Assembly (NCBI GenBank): GCA_029880265.1
Contig: JAOUOT010000008.1
Location: forward strand, 43,311 to 107,310
Reading direction: 5' to 3'
Source: Spirochaetia bacterium
Lineage (GTDB): Bacteria; Spirochaetota; Leptospiria; Turneriellales; JAOUOS01
Length of the DNA stretch: 64,000 bases
In this document: positions 1 to 8,227 of the stretch, piece after piece
Layout: each line of letters opens with the position of its first letter
Position numbering within the stretch: the stretch's first letter is position 1
The notes under the pieces: model-generated
Databases searched by the model: none
What the model saw: only the letters and a program-made list of their open reading frames with translations
Told to the model about the DNA's origin: nothing
Program-made: the position numbers and the translations under genes

Positions 1-123
1 GAATTTTGAGTTTTATGAAAAAAAGAGCAATAATAATATAAAGAATGAACCGTTCCCTTTACAATTTATACGCTGGTATTTAAGCGAGAAACAGGAAATT
101 AGCATAGACGGAGAAAGACTGAA

Positions 124-912
124 ATGGTATTTCAAAAAATCGCCGACAAGTTAAGCTATTATTATCGTATCGCGGCTACAGGGTTTTCTTTTTTTCACTT
201 TAGCGCGGGAGGTTTTTTTCTAGGCGTCGCTGTCTTCCCTCTGGTTATAGCGTGGCCCTCTAAAAAAACAAAGAAGAAAGCAAGAATTCAAAAAATTATT
301 CATTATTCTTTTCGATATTTTTTTTGGCAGATGAAAATCATGGGAATACTCAAGGTAAAAGTAGAAAATGCCGAGAAACTTAAAAGCGGAAAAAGCATGC
401 TGGTTATAGCCAACCATCCGACTTTAATTGATATCGTTTTTATTTTATCGCATATGCCCAGGGCCGATTGCGTCGTAAAGCTTCACGCATGGAACCATCC
501 TTTTTTTGGCAGGGTCGCGCGGGCGGCCGGTTATATAAAAAATGACGATCCTGTCGAGGTAATTGATCGCTGCGTTGAAAATCTTAATAAAGGAGATAAT
601 GTAATTATATTTCCCGAAGGCACCAGAACTTCCCCTGATGTAGTAATAGATAAATTTCAAAAGGGCGCCGCCAGAATCGCTTTAAAAAGCGGATGTAATA
701 TTTTACCTATTAAGCTTGACTGCCAGCCAAGAACTTTAACAAAAGACAAAAAGTGGTACGAAGTAGCGAAAAAACGCTTTCAATTATCAATGAACGTAGG
801 CGAACTTATAGATGTCGCGCCTGTTGTAAAAAACGCGAAAAATCAGTTTGCCGCCGTGAAAAAACTGACCAATTTTTTTAGAGACTACTATCTCAAAGAA
901 GTGGCCGTATAG
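124..912 (+). CDS. Lysophospholipid/glycerolipid acyltransferase (PlsC/LPLAT family), ApeD-like
   Basis: HX4D block (ANHPTLIDI) and FPEGTRT block in the 262-aa translation; first gene of a co-directional aryl-polyene-type operon. Confidence 0.8.
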   Translation: MVFQKIADKLSYYYRIAATGFSFFHFSAGGFFLGVAVFPLVIAWPSKKTKKKARIQKIIHYSFRYFFWQMKIMGILKVKVENAEKLKSGKSMLVIANHPTLIDIVFILSHMPRADCVVKLHAWNHPFFGRVARAAGYIKNDDPVEVIDRCVENLNKGDNVIIFPEGTRTSPDVVIDKFQKGAARIALKSGCNILPIKLDCQPRTLTKDKKWYEVAKKRFQLSMNVGELIDVAPVVKNAKNQFAAVKKLTNFFRDYYLKEVAV

Positions 913-945
913 TAATAAAAAAATATAAATAAAAGGAGAGATTTT

Positions 946-1203
946 GTGAAAGAACTTGAAGAAGAAATAAAAGAATTGATTATAGATTCGCTTGATTTAG
1001 AAGACGTTAAAGTTGAAGATATTGAAACAGACGCTCCTCTTTTCGGAGAAGGCCTGGGCCTTGACTCTATTGACGCGTTAGAGCTCGGGTTGCAGATTCA
1101 AAAAAAATATAATATCAAAATTGAGGCAAAATCGCAGGAAACCAGAAAGCATTTTGCGTCGGTAAAGAATTTAGCCGCGTTTATACAAGAATCTACAAAA
1201 TAA
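946..1203 (+). CDS. Acyl carrier protein (ApeE-like)
   Basis: 85-aa acidic protein with phosphopantetheine-attachment motif LGLDSIDALEL; GTG start behind AAAGGAGAG. Confidence 0.85.
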   Translation: MKELEEEIKELIIDSLDLEDVKVEDIETDAPLFGEGLGLDSIDALELGLQIQKKYNIKIEAKSQETRKHFASVKNLAAFIQESTK

Positions 1204-1241
1204 TTATTTTCTAATAAAAAGCAAAAAAAGGAAGGTTAAAC

Positions 1242-1490
1242 ATGACTAGAGATGAAGTTTTTAATGAGATTAAAAAAATTCTCGTTGATACATTCGAAAT
1301 TGAAGAAAGCAGCATTGTCGGGTCGTCAAACGTATATCAAGATTTAGACTTAGACAGTATTGACGCAATAGATTTGATAATAAAGCTGCAAGAGATAACG
1401 GGAAAAAAGGTCGAGCCTGAAGAGTTTAAAAATGTTCGAACTATTGACGATGTTGTCGATATCGCTCATAAAATTATTCAGCAAAAGTGA
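1242..1490 (+). CDS. Acyl carrier protein (ApeF-like), second tandem ACP
   Basis: 82 aa, motif LDLDSIDAIDLI; RBS AAGGAAGG upstream. Confidence 0.85.
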   Translation: MTRDEVFNEIKKILVDTFEIEESSIVGSSNVYQDLDLDSIDAIDLIIKLQEITGKKVEPEEFKNVRTIDDVVDIAHKIIQQK

Positions 1491-2068
1491 TACGAAAGAT
1501 TTTAAATATTTTAATTGGGGTTATCTTTGTACTGTACCCTTTGGGCGTTTTTTTAGGTTTTAATTATTTTGAACCAAGGTTTATAGGTATGCTTCTTTTA
1601 GTTTTTTTTACGCTCAGAGGGCTGTTTTTCATAAATAAAAACTTGATAAAAAACCTATATCAATTGGCTCCTATTGCCATTGCGGTTTTTGTAACTTCTA
1701 TGGCCGTAATTATTTTCAATGAAAATATCTTCTTAAGGCTGCATCCGGTCTTAATAAGTCTGGCTTTTTTATTTAGTTTTGGCTATACTCTGATTAAGCC
1801 TCCTTCAATGGTTGAGAGATTTGCGAGACTCAAAGACCCTCAGTTATCTAATGATGCGATTGCGTATACCAAAACCGTAACAAAAGTATGGTGCCTTTTT
1901 TTTATTCTTAACGGATCGGCGGCCGCATATACAACTTTTTACGCGTCTTTTGAAGTCTGGACAATTTATAACGGTCTGATTAGTTACATCTTAATGGGAA
2001 TTCTCTTTATAACCGAGTTTATCGTTCGACATTTTAAAATCATTTCAACAAAACAAAATACAATTTAG
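1487..2068 (+). CDS. Polytopic membrane protein of APE clusters (ApeG-like)
   Basis: 193 aa with several hydrophobic helices; 4-nt overlap with the preceding ACP gene; position conserved in APE-type operons. Confidence 0.55.
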   Translation: MIRKILNILIGVIFVLYPLGVFLGFNYFEPRFIGMLLLVFFTLRGLFFINKNLIKNLYQLAPIAIAVFVTSMAVIIFNENIFLRLHPVLISLAFLFSFGYTLIKPPSMVERFARLKDPQLSNDAIAYTKTVTKVWCLFFILNGSAAAYTTFYASFEVWTIYNGLISYILMGILFITEFIVRHFKIISTKQNTI

Positions 2069-2078
2069 AGTTATTAAT

Positions 2079-3827
2079 TTGGAAAGTTTTATACCGATTT
2101 CAAAAGTTCTTACAGAAAAATGTAATAGTTCTTCTATAATTGCGTTGCGCGAAAATAAAGAGATAACATGGCAAAAGTTTAGTCAAAGCGTTTGGCGTCT
2201 GGTTGAAAAAATTTCTTTATTAAATAAAGACTGCTGGGGTCTTTTTTGCGAAGACGCCTTGAGTTTTGCAATTGGTTTTTTTGCGTTGCTTCACTCTAAA
2301 AAAACGATTGTAATGCCGCCAAATATGCGCTCGGTCGCTATTAATGAAATTAAAGATAAAGTAGACGCTGTTATTACAGATACCAAACCGGTTATAAATT
2401 TAGAGACCGTATCTCCGGCGCTTATCACCGATAATTGCGAAGTTAAATTTGAAGAGCTTTTAGCTGAAGATTTAACAATTAATCTTATGACATCAGGTTC
2501 TACCGGAGTTCCAAAAAATGTCGAAAAAAAACTTGCATGTTTTGAAGAAGAAATAAAGGTCTTAGAGAATAGGTGGGGAGGTCTTCTCAGTAGCAGCCAT
2601 ATTGCGTCTACAGTTTCTCACCAGCATATCTACGGTTTGTTATTCAGAGTGCTGTGGCCGATGGCTGCCGGCAGAGTTTTTATTAGCGAAATTTATCATT
2701 ATCCCGAAGCGTTTGAAGAAGACGCAAAATCGTTTGAAAAGTTTGCCTTAATTTCAAGTCCGGCTACCTTGAAATACTGGCCCAAGTTAATCGATTTATC
2801 AAAAATAAAATCCAAAATCTCGGCTGTATTTTCGTCAGGCGGTGCCTTGTCTCAAGAGACGGCTCTTGAAATTAATCAAGCCTTGTCGTTTTCGCCTATG
2901 GAGATTTTAGGTTCGACAGAAACAGGCGGCGTCGCATGGCGAAGTTATGACGGTTCTGAAAAAAGTTTATCGTGGCGCCCCTTTAATAATGTTGAAATTA
3001 AAGTTTCAGAGCCCGATGAAAACCTTCTGGTAAAATCTCCGTTTACCGTAAAAACTGAAGATTTATATTTTAAGATGGGAGATACGGCAAAGCTTCAAGA
3101 CGACGGAAGTTTCTTGCTTCAGGAAAGATCTGATAGAATTGTCAAAATTGCCGAGAAAAGAATCTCTTTAATTGAAATGGAAAAGACTCTTATTAAAAGC
3201 GATTTTGCGACAGATTGCGCCATTGTAGTTCTGCCGCATAAAACTCAGCCAAATAGGAAAATTTTAGGAGCTCTTATTGTTCTCTCAAAAGAGGGTTTAG
3301 AATTTAAAAGAAAAAATAATGAAAAATTTCTAAATGAAGCGCTTAAAAAAGAATTATTAAAAAAGTTTGAATTAGTGACAATTCCAAAAAAATGGCGTTA
3401 CACAGAGTCTATTCCTGAAAATTCAGAAGGAAAAAGAACATATGATTTAATTAAAGGGTGTTTTATGGAAAAATTACAAAATGAAATCAGACAACCAGAG
3501 ATGATATCTCGTAAAATCAATGGCGATTTGCTTATTTTGAATCTGCGTATTCCCGAAGAGCTTCTTTATTTTAAGGGACACTTCTCAGAAGTTCCAATTT
3601 TGCCGGGAGTCGTACAAATAGATTGGGCAATATCTTTTGGCAAAGAGCATTTTGGCTCTTTAGGAGTTTTTTCTCGAATAGAGAACTTAAAATTTCAAAA
3701 TATCATCTTGCCGAATCAGGAAATTAAGTTGACCATTGAATGGAAAAAAGAAACAGGCAAGCTTTATTTCTCATATGAATCAGAAAAAGGCGTTCATTCT
3801 TCAGGAAGAGCGGTATTTGAAAACTAG
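2079..3827 (+). CDS. AMP-dependent synthetase/ligase fused to a C-terminal hotdog (FabA/FabZ-like) dehydratase (ApeH-ApeI fusion)
   Basis: Adenylation core motif TSGSTGVPK. The C-terminal ~110 aa carry FKGHFSEVPILPGVVQIDW, typical of hydroxyacyl-ACP dehydratases. TTG start. Confidence 0.8.
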   Translation: MESFIPISKVLTEKCNSSSIIALRENKEITWQKFSQSVWRLVEKISLLNKDCWGLFCEDALSFAIGFFALLHSKKTIVMPPNMRSVAINEIKDKVDAVITDTKPVINLETVSPALITDNCEVKFEELLAEDLTINLMTSGSTGVPKNVEKKLACFEEEIKVLENRWGGLLSSSHIASTVSHQHIYGLLFRVLWPMAAGRVFISEIYHYPEAFEEDAKSFEKFALISSPATLKYWPKLIDLSKIKSKISAVFSSGGALSQETALEINQALSFSPMEILGSTETGGVAWRSYDGSEKSLSWRPFNNVEIKVSEPDENLLVKSPFTVKTEDLYFKMGDTAKLQDDGSFLLQERSDRIVKIAEKRISLIEMEKTLIKSDFATDCAIVVLPHKTQPNRKILGALIVLSKEGLEFKRKNNEKFLNEALKKELLKKFELVTIPKKWRYTESIPENSEGKRTYDLIKGCFMEKLQNEIRQPEMISRKINGDLLILNLRIPEELLYFKGHFSEVPILPGVVQIDWAISFGKEHFGSLGVFSRIENLKFQNIILPNQEIKLTIEWKKETGKLYFSYESEKGVHSSGRAVFEN

Positions 3828-3829
3828 TA

Positions 3830-5533
3830 ATGAGCCCAAATACTTGCATAGTAATTCCGATTTTTAATCATAAAGAAGCCATTATAAACACAATTAAGGC
3901 TTTGAAAAAATATAAACTGTTCTGTTTCATTATTGACGACGGCAGCGAAATAGAAACAAAAAATACTCTTAAGAATATTGAAAAAAATGAAGATTGGGTA
4001 GAATGTTATCACTTCACAACGAATAAAGGCAAAGGCGCCGCGGTCAAGTTTGGCCTCTCATACGCAAAAAAAAAAGGATTTACGCATGCTGTTCAAGTTG
4101 ACGCCGACGGACAGCACGATCTTGGCTCTATAAAAAAAATGTTAGAAATCTCAAGCAAAAATCAAAACGCTTTTGTACTAGCTCAACCTAAATACGATAA
4201 GTCTGTTCCCAGATCGAGACTATACGCAAGATACATCACTCATTTTTGGGTAGGCATTGAAACGCTTTCATTCAAAGTACTTGATACAATGTGCGGTCTT
4301 AGAGTTTATCCTCTTGAAAGTATTACCAAAATAACCGAAAAAAAAAGACTAGGCGACAGAATGGATTTTGATACTGAAATTGTAGTCAGAAGCGTATGGA
4401 AGAACATTCCTGTTAGAACTCTTCATGTAAAGGTTCATTATCCTGAAGACGGTATATCTCATTTTAGAGTTTTTCATGATAATGTATTGAATTCAAAAAT
4501 GCATACTAAACTTTTTTTAGGCATGCTTATTCGCTTTCCCCTTCTTCTATTTAAAAAAATTTTTTATAAGAACAATGTAGAGCCTCACTGGTCAGAAAAA
4601 AAAGAAAGAGGGAGTTCCTGGGCGGTAAAGTTGATTGGATTTTCATATAAGGTTTTCGGAAAAACTTTCTGCAAATTGTTATTGTATCCGGTTATTACAT
4701 ACTTCTTTCTTACCGGAAGAAAAAGCCGCAAGGCGTCAAAGCTCTATTTAACAAGACTTTATGAAACTGAAGAAGGCAAGAAAATATTCAAAAAAAAGCC
4801 ATCGGCAATCGATAGTTACAAGCATTTTTTAGAATTCGGCAGAGCGATAATAGAGAAGATTTCGGCATGGATTGGCCATATAAAAATAGAAAATACTCAA
4901 TTTGATAACGCCGAAGAGTTTCTTAATTTGCTTCGAACAAAAAAGGGAGGGGTCGTAATCGGGTCGCATTTAGGAAACCTGGAGGTTATAAGGGCCCTTT
5001 CTGAACAGGTAGACGAAATTAAAATGAATGTATTGGCCTTAACAAAACACGCTGAAAATTTTAACAGTCTCTTGAAAAAGTTAAACCCTAATGTTGATAT
5101 TAAGCTAATACAAATCTCAGAAATGTCTATTGATACAGCTATTCTTTTAAAAGAAAAAGCCGATAACGGAGAAATTATTGTTATTGCCGGCGATAGAACA
5201 TCGGCGGTGTCTCAAGAAAGAATCAGTTATGTAAATTTCCTGGGGCATCCTGCGCCGTTTGCCCAGGGACCGTTTATTTTAGCCGCCTTATTGAAAACGC
5301 CCGTATACCTTTTATTTGCTCTGAGAGAGGGTAAAAAATATGTTTGTTATTTTGAAAAATTTTCTGACAAAATAGACTTGCCCAAAAAAAATAAAGAGCA
5401 GGCCCTTAAGGCCGAAATAGAGAAGTTTGCCGTCCGTCTTGAACATTATTGTTACAAGGCTCCGTTTCAATGGTATAATTTTTATAATTTCTGGCAAGAT
5501 GAAAAACCAAAAAAGGAACAAAATAAAGCATGA
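3830..5533 (+). CDS. Bifunctional family-2 glycosyltransferase / lipid-A-type (LpxL/HtrB-like) acyltransferase (ApeJ-like)
   Basis: N-terminal GT2 signatures (VIPIFNHKE, IIDDGS, VDADGQHD), central TM segments, C-terminal ~280-aa lauroyl-acyltransferase-like domain. Confidence 0.75.
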   Translation: MSPNTCIVIPIFNHKEAIINTIKALKKYKLFCFIIDDGSEIETKNTLKNIEKNEDWVECYHFTTNKGKGAAVKFGLSYAKKKGFTHAVQVDADGQHDLGSIKKMLEISSKNQNAFVLAQPKYDKSVPRSRLYARYITHFWVGIETLSFKVLDTMCGLRVYPLESITKITEKKRLGDRMDFDTEIVVRSVWKNIPVRTLHVKVHYPEDGISHFRVFHDNVLNSKMHTKLFLGMLIRFPLLLFKKIFYKNNVEPHWSEKKERGSSWAVKLIGFSYKVFGKTFCKLLLYPVITYFFLTGRKSRKASKLYLTRLYETEEGKKIFKKKPSAIDSYKHFLEFGRAIIEKISAWIGHIKIENTQFDNAEEFLNLLRTKKGGVVIGSHLGNLEVIRALSEQVDEIKMNVLALTKHAENFNSLLKKLNPNVDIKLIQISEMSIDTAILLKEKADNGEIIVIAGDRTSAVSQERISYVNFLGHPAPFAQGPFILAALLKTPVYLLFALREGKKYVCYFEKFSDKIDLPKKNKEQALKAEIEKFAVRLEHYCYKAPFQWYNFYNFWQDEKPKKEQNKA

Positions 5534-7083
5534 GCAAATTAGCAGATAACAAAAATCAAATTATTTTCGGAAATAATTTCATCAGCATACGAGATATTGT
5601 TGAAATAGCCTATCAAAATAAAGAAGCAGAACTGTCGCAAGATACGGGCTGGAGAAAAAAAATACAGAAGGGCGCAGAGTTTTTAAGCAGACTTCTAAAA
5701 GAAGAAGGCTCTATATACGGCGTAACAACCGGTTACGGCGATTCATGCACCGTTGCCGTTCCTATTGATCTTGTTTATGAACTTCCTCTTCACTTGTCTA
5801 GATTTCATGGCTGCGGTATGGGCAATACGCTTAGCGTTGAATTGTCTTTAGCCGTTTTGGCGGTTCGCCTAAGTTCTCTCTCGCAGGGATACTCGGGAGT
5901 TCGCCTTGAAATTCTCGAGACATTGGCGCAGTTGATTAATAAAAAAATAGCGCCGGTGATTCCTGAAGAGGGTTCGGTAGGGGCCAGCGGCGATTTGACG
6001 CCGTTATCGTATGTAGCGGCAGTTCTTATGGGAGAAAGAGAAGTTTTTTACAAGGGCAAGCGCGAAGAGACGTTATCGGTATTTAACAAAGAGGGAATTA
6101 CTCCGCTGAAGCTTGTGCCTAAAGAAGGCTTGGCCCTGATGAACGGCACGGCCGTGATGACGGCAATGGCTTGCGCCGCTTATGACCGAGCCGAATATTT
6201 GTGCCGGTTGGCAAGTCGAATAACCGCTTTGACCATAATAGCTACCGACGGTAATCCCTGCCATTTTAAAGAAAATTTATTTACCGTTAAGCCCCATATG
6301 GGTCAGGTAAAAGTCGCTGAATTTATACGAAACGATCTGTATGAACTTCCTCCTTCTAAAGAAAAGAACCGCCTGCAAGACAGGTATTCTCTCAGATGCG
6401 CGCCGCATGTTATTGGGGTACTGGTCGATTCGCTTGACTGGATGAAAAAATTTATAGAAACCGAAATTAACAGCGCTAACGATAATCCTATTATTGACGG
6501 CGAAAAAGAAGAAATACTCCACGGCGGTCATTTCTATGGCGGACATATTGCTTTTGTGATGGATTCAATGAAAAATGCCGTGGCCAATCTTGCCGATTTA
6601 ATGGATAGACAGCTTGCGTTATTGGTTGACCCTAAATTTAATCACGGTCTACCAGCAAATCTAACCGCCGCAAAAGGCAAACGCGCCTCTATAAACCACG
6701 GATTTAAGGCAGTTCAAATACTGGTTTCGGCTTTATGCGCAGAGGCCTTAAAACTTACGATGCCCGCCAGCGTTTTTTCGCGGTCGACCGAATGTCACAA
6801 TCAAGATAAGGTAAGCATGGGCACCATTGCGGCTAGAGACTGTTTAAGAATAATAGAGTTGACCGAGCAAATAGCCGCCGCCATGCTTTTGGCCGTCATT
6901 CAAGGGATCGATTTAAGGCTTGAGACAGCTAACGATTTAAATTTAAAAAAACATATATTAAATATGAAAGATTCAATTAGAGAGAAATTTGAACTTGTAA
7001 TAGAAGACAGACCGATGGAAAGCTCTTTAAGATATTTCGTTGAATTAATCAGAAAAAAAGAATGGAACCTTTATAACGAATAA
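5530..7083 (+). CDS. Aromatic amino acid ammonia-lyase (HAL/PAL/TAL family, MIO cofactor)
   Basis: MIO-forming Ala-Ser-Gly triad in GSVGASGDLTPLS (nt 5983-5991), GVTTGYGDS block, 517 aa; 4-nt overlap with the upstream gene. Confidence 0.9.
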   Translation: MSKLADNKNQIIFGNNFISIRDIVEIAYQNKEAELSQDTGWRKKIQKGAEFLSRLLKEEGSIYGVTTGYGDSCTVAVPIDLVYELPLHLSRFHGCGMGNTLSVELSLAVLAVRLSSLSQGYSGVRLEILETLAQLINKKIAPVIPEEGSVGASGDLTPLSYVAAVLMGEREVFYKGKREETLSVFNKEGITPLKLVPKEGLALMNGTAVMTAMACAAYDRAEYLCRLASRITALTIIATDGNPCHFKENLFTVKPHMGQVKVAEFIRNDLYELPPSKEKNRLQDRYSLRCAPHVIGVLVDSLDWMKKFIETEINSANDNPIIDGEKEEILHGGHFYGGHIAFVMDSMKNAVANLADLMDRQLALLVDPKFNHGLPANLTAAKGKRASINHGFKAVQILVSALCAEALKLTMPASVFSRSTECHNQDKVSMGTIAARDCLRIIELTEQIAAAMLLAVIQGIDLRLETANDLNLKKHILNMKDSIREKFELVIEDRPMESSLRYFVELIRKKEWNLYNE

Positions 7084-7105
7084 GATTATAAACCATAAGC
7101 CCTTT

Positions 7106-7543
7106 ATGAAAAATCTAAATAAATATGAAGAATCTGTAAATATAAAAATTCCGTTTCATGATATCGACTTGGCGCAGGTCGTTTGGCACGGAAATTACGT
7201 TAAGTATTTAGAAATAGCGCGGTCGGCGTTATTAAAAAAATTTGATTATGACATAACAGAGATGCTGCAGTCAGACTATGCCTGGCCCGTTATTGAATTA
7301 AAATGTCGTTTTACCAGAACTGTTCAGTATGGTCATGAAATAACAGTAACCGCTAAAATAATCGAAATCAAGAACAGATTGAAAATCAGCTATACAATAA
7401 TTGATTCAGATACTAAAGAGAGAGTTTGCAGGGCCCATACTATTCAAGTCGCCATAAATATGGTAAAACGCGAAATGTGCCTTGAGTCGCCCGAAATTCT
7501 TTTTGATAAATTGGGTGCAACAGAAGACGAAGAGCTGTTATGA
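7106..7543 (+). CDS. 4HBT-type hotdog acyl-CoA/ACP thioesterase (ApeK-like)
   Basis: 145 aa; N-terminal HDIDLAQVVWHGNYVKYLEIAR block typical of YbgC/4HBT thioesterases. Confidence 0.75.
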   Translation: MKNLNKYEESVNIKIPFHDIDLAQVVWHGNYVKYLEIARSALLKKFDYDITEMLQSDYAWPVIELKCRFTRTVQYGHEITVTAKIIEIKNRLKISYTIIDSDTKERVCRAHTIQVAINMVKREMCLESPEILFDKLGATEDEELL

Positions 7544-8157
7544 AAAATGCATTAACTCTTATAAAAAAACTGATTTTAACAAGAGTTCTGGCTTTTGTTT
7601 TTTTATTGGCTCAGTTTATCTCGCCGGTTTCAGGCGTCTATAACGAGAAGAATTTTGAGCAGGTTATCGGACAATTATCAAAAATAAAAAAAATAGCCAG
7701 CGATTTTAAGCAAATTAAAAAAATCAAAGCGTTAAAATCGCCGCTTATTTCAAAAGGAAGTTTTCTTTTTCATAAGAAAGAAAATAAAATTTCATGGAAC
7801 CTGAAAAGTCCGTTTGAAGTCTCTTTTGTCATTACCGATCAGGAAATTACCCAGAAAGAAAAGGGAAAAGAGCCGATACGAATAACGCCTAAAAACCAGC
7901 CTCTTATTTTTGAGTTTACCCAGGTTTTATTCTCTATATTCTCGGGTAACAGAGAAAACCTGAATAATTATTTTAACATAGATTTTAACGGCGGCCTAAA
8001 AAACTGGAATTTGACCTTAACGCCTAAAAATGAAAATATTCAAAAAATAATAAAGAAACTCGCATTATCGGGAGACAGTTCAATTCGAGAATTGAAGATA
8101 TTTGATCAAGGCGAAGATATAACGACCATTACTTTTATAAACACAAAAACAAATTGA
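7540..8157 (+). CDS. LolA-like outer-membrane lipoprotein carrier family protein (ApeL-like)
   Basis: 205 aa with signal peptide; LolA-like FKQ...SKGSF...W pattern; 4-nt overlap with the thioesterase gene. Confidence 0.55.
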   Translation: MKNALTLIKKLILTRVLAFVFLLAQFISPVSGVYNEKNFEQVIGQLSKIKKIASDFKQIKKIKALKSPLISKGSFLFHKKENKISWNLKSPFEVSFVITDQEITQKEKGKEPIRITPKNQPLIFEFTQVLFSIFSGNRENLNNYFNIDFNGGLKNWNLTLTPKNENIQKIIKKLALSGDSSIRELKIFDQGEDITTITFINTKTN

Positions 8158-8227
8158 TTATTAGATATTAAAGACGCTGTATAAAGACAAAATTTAATAT
8201 TAACGCATAGTATAGGCGCAGAGGAAC

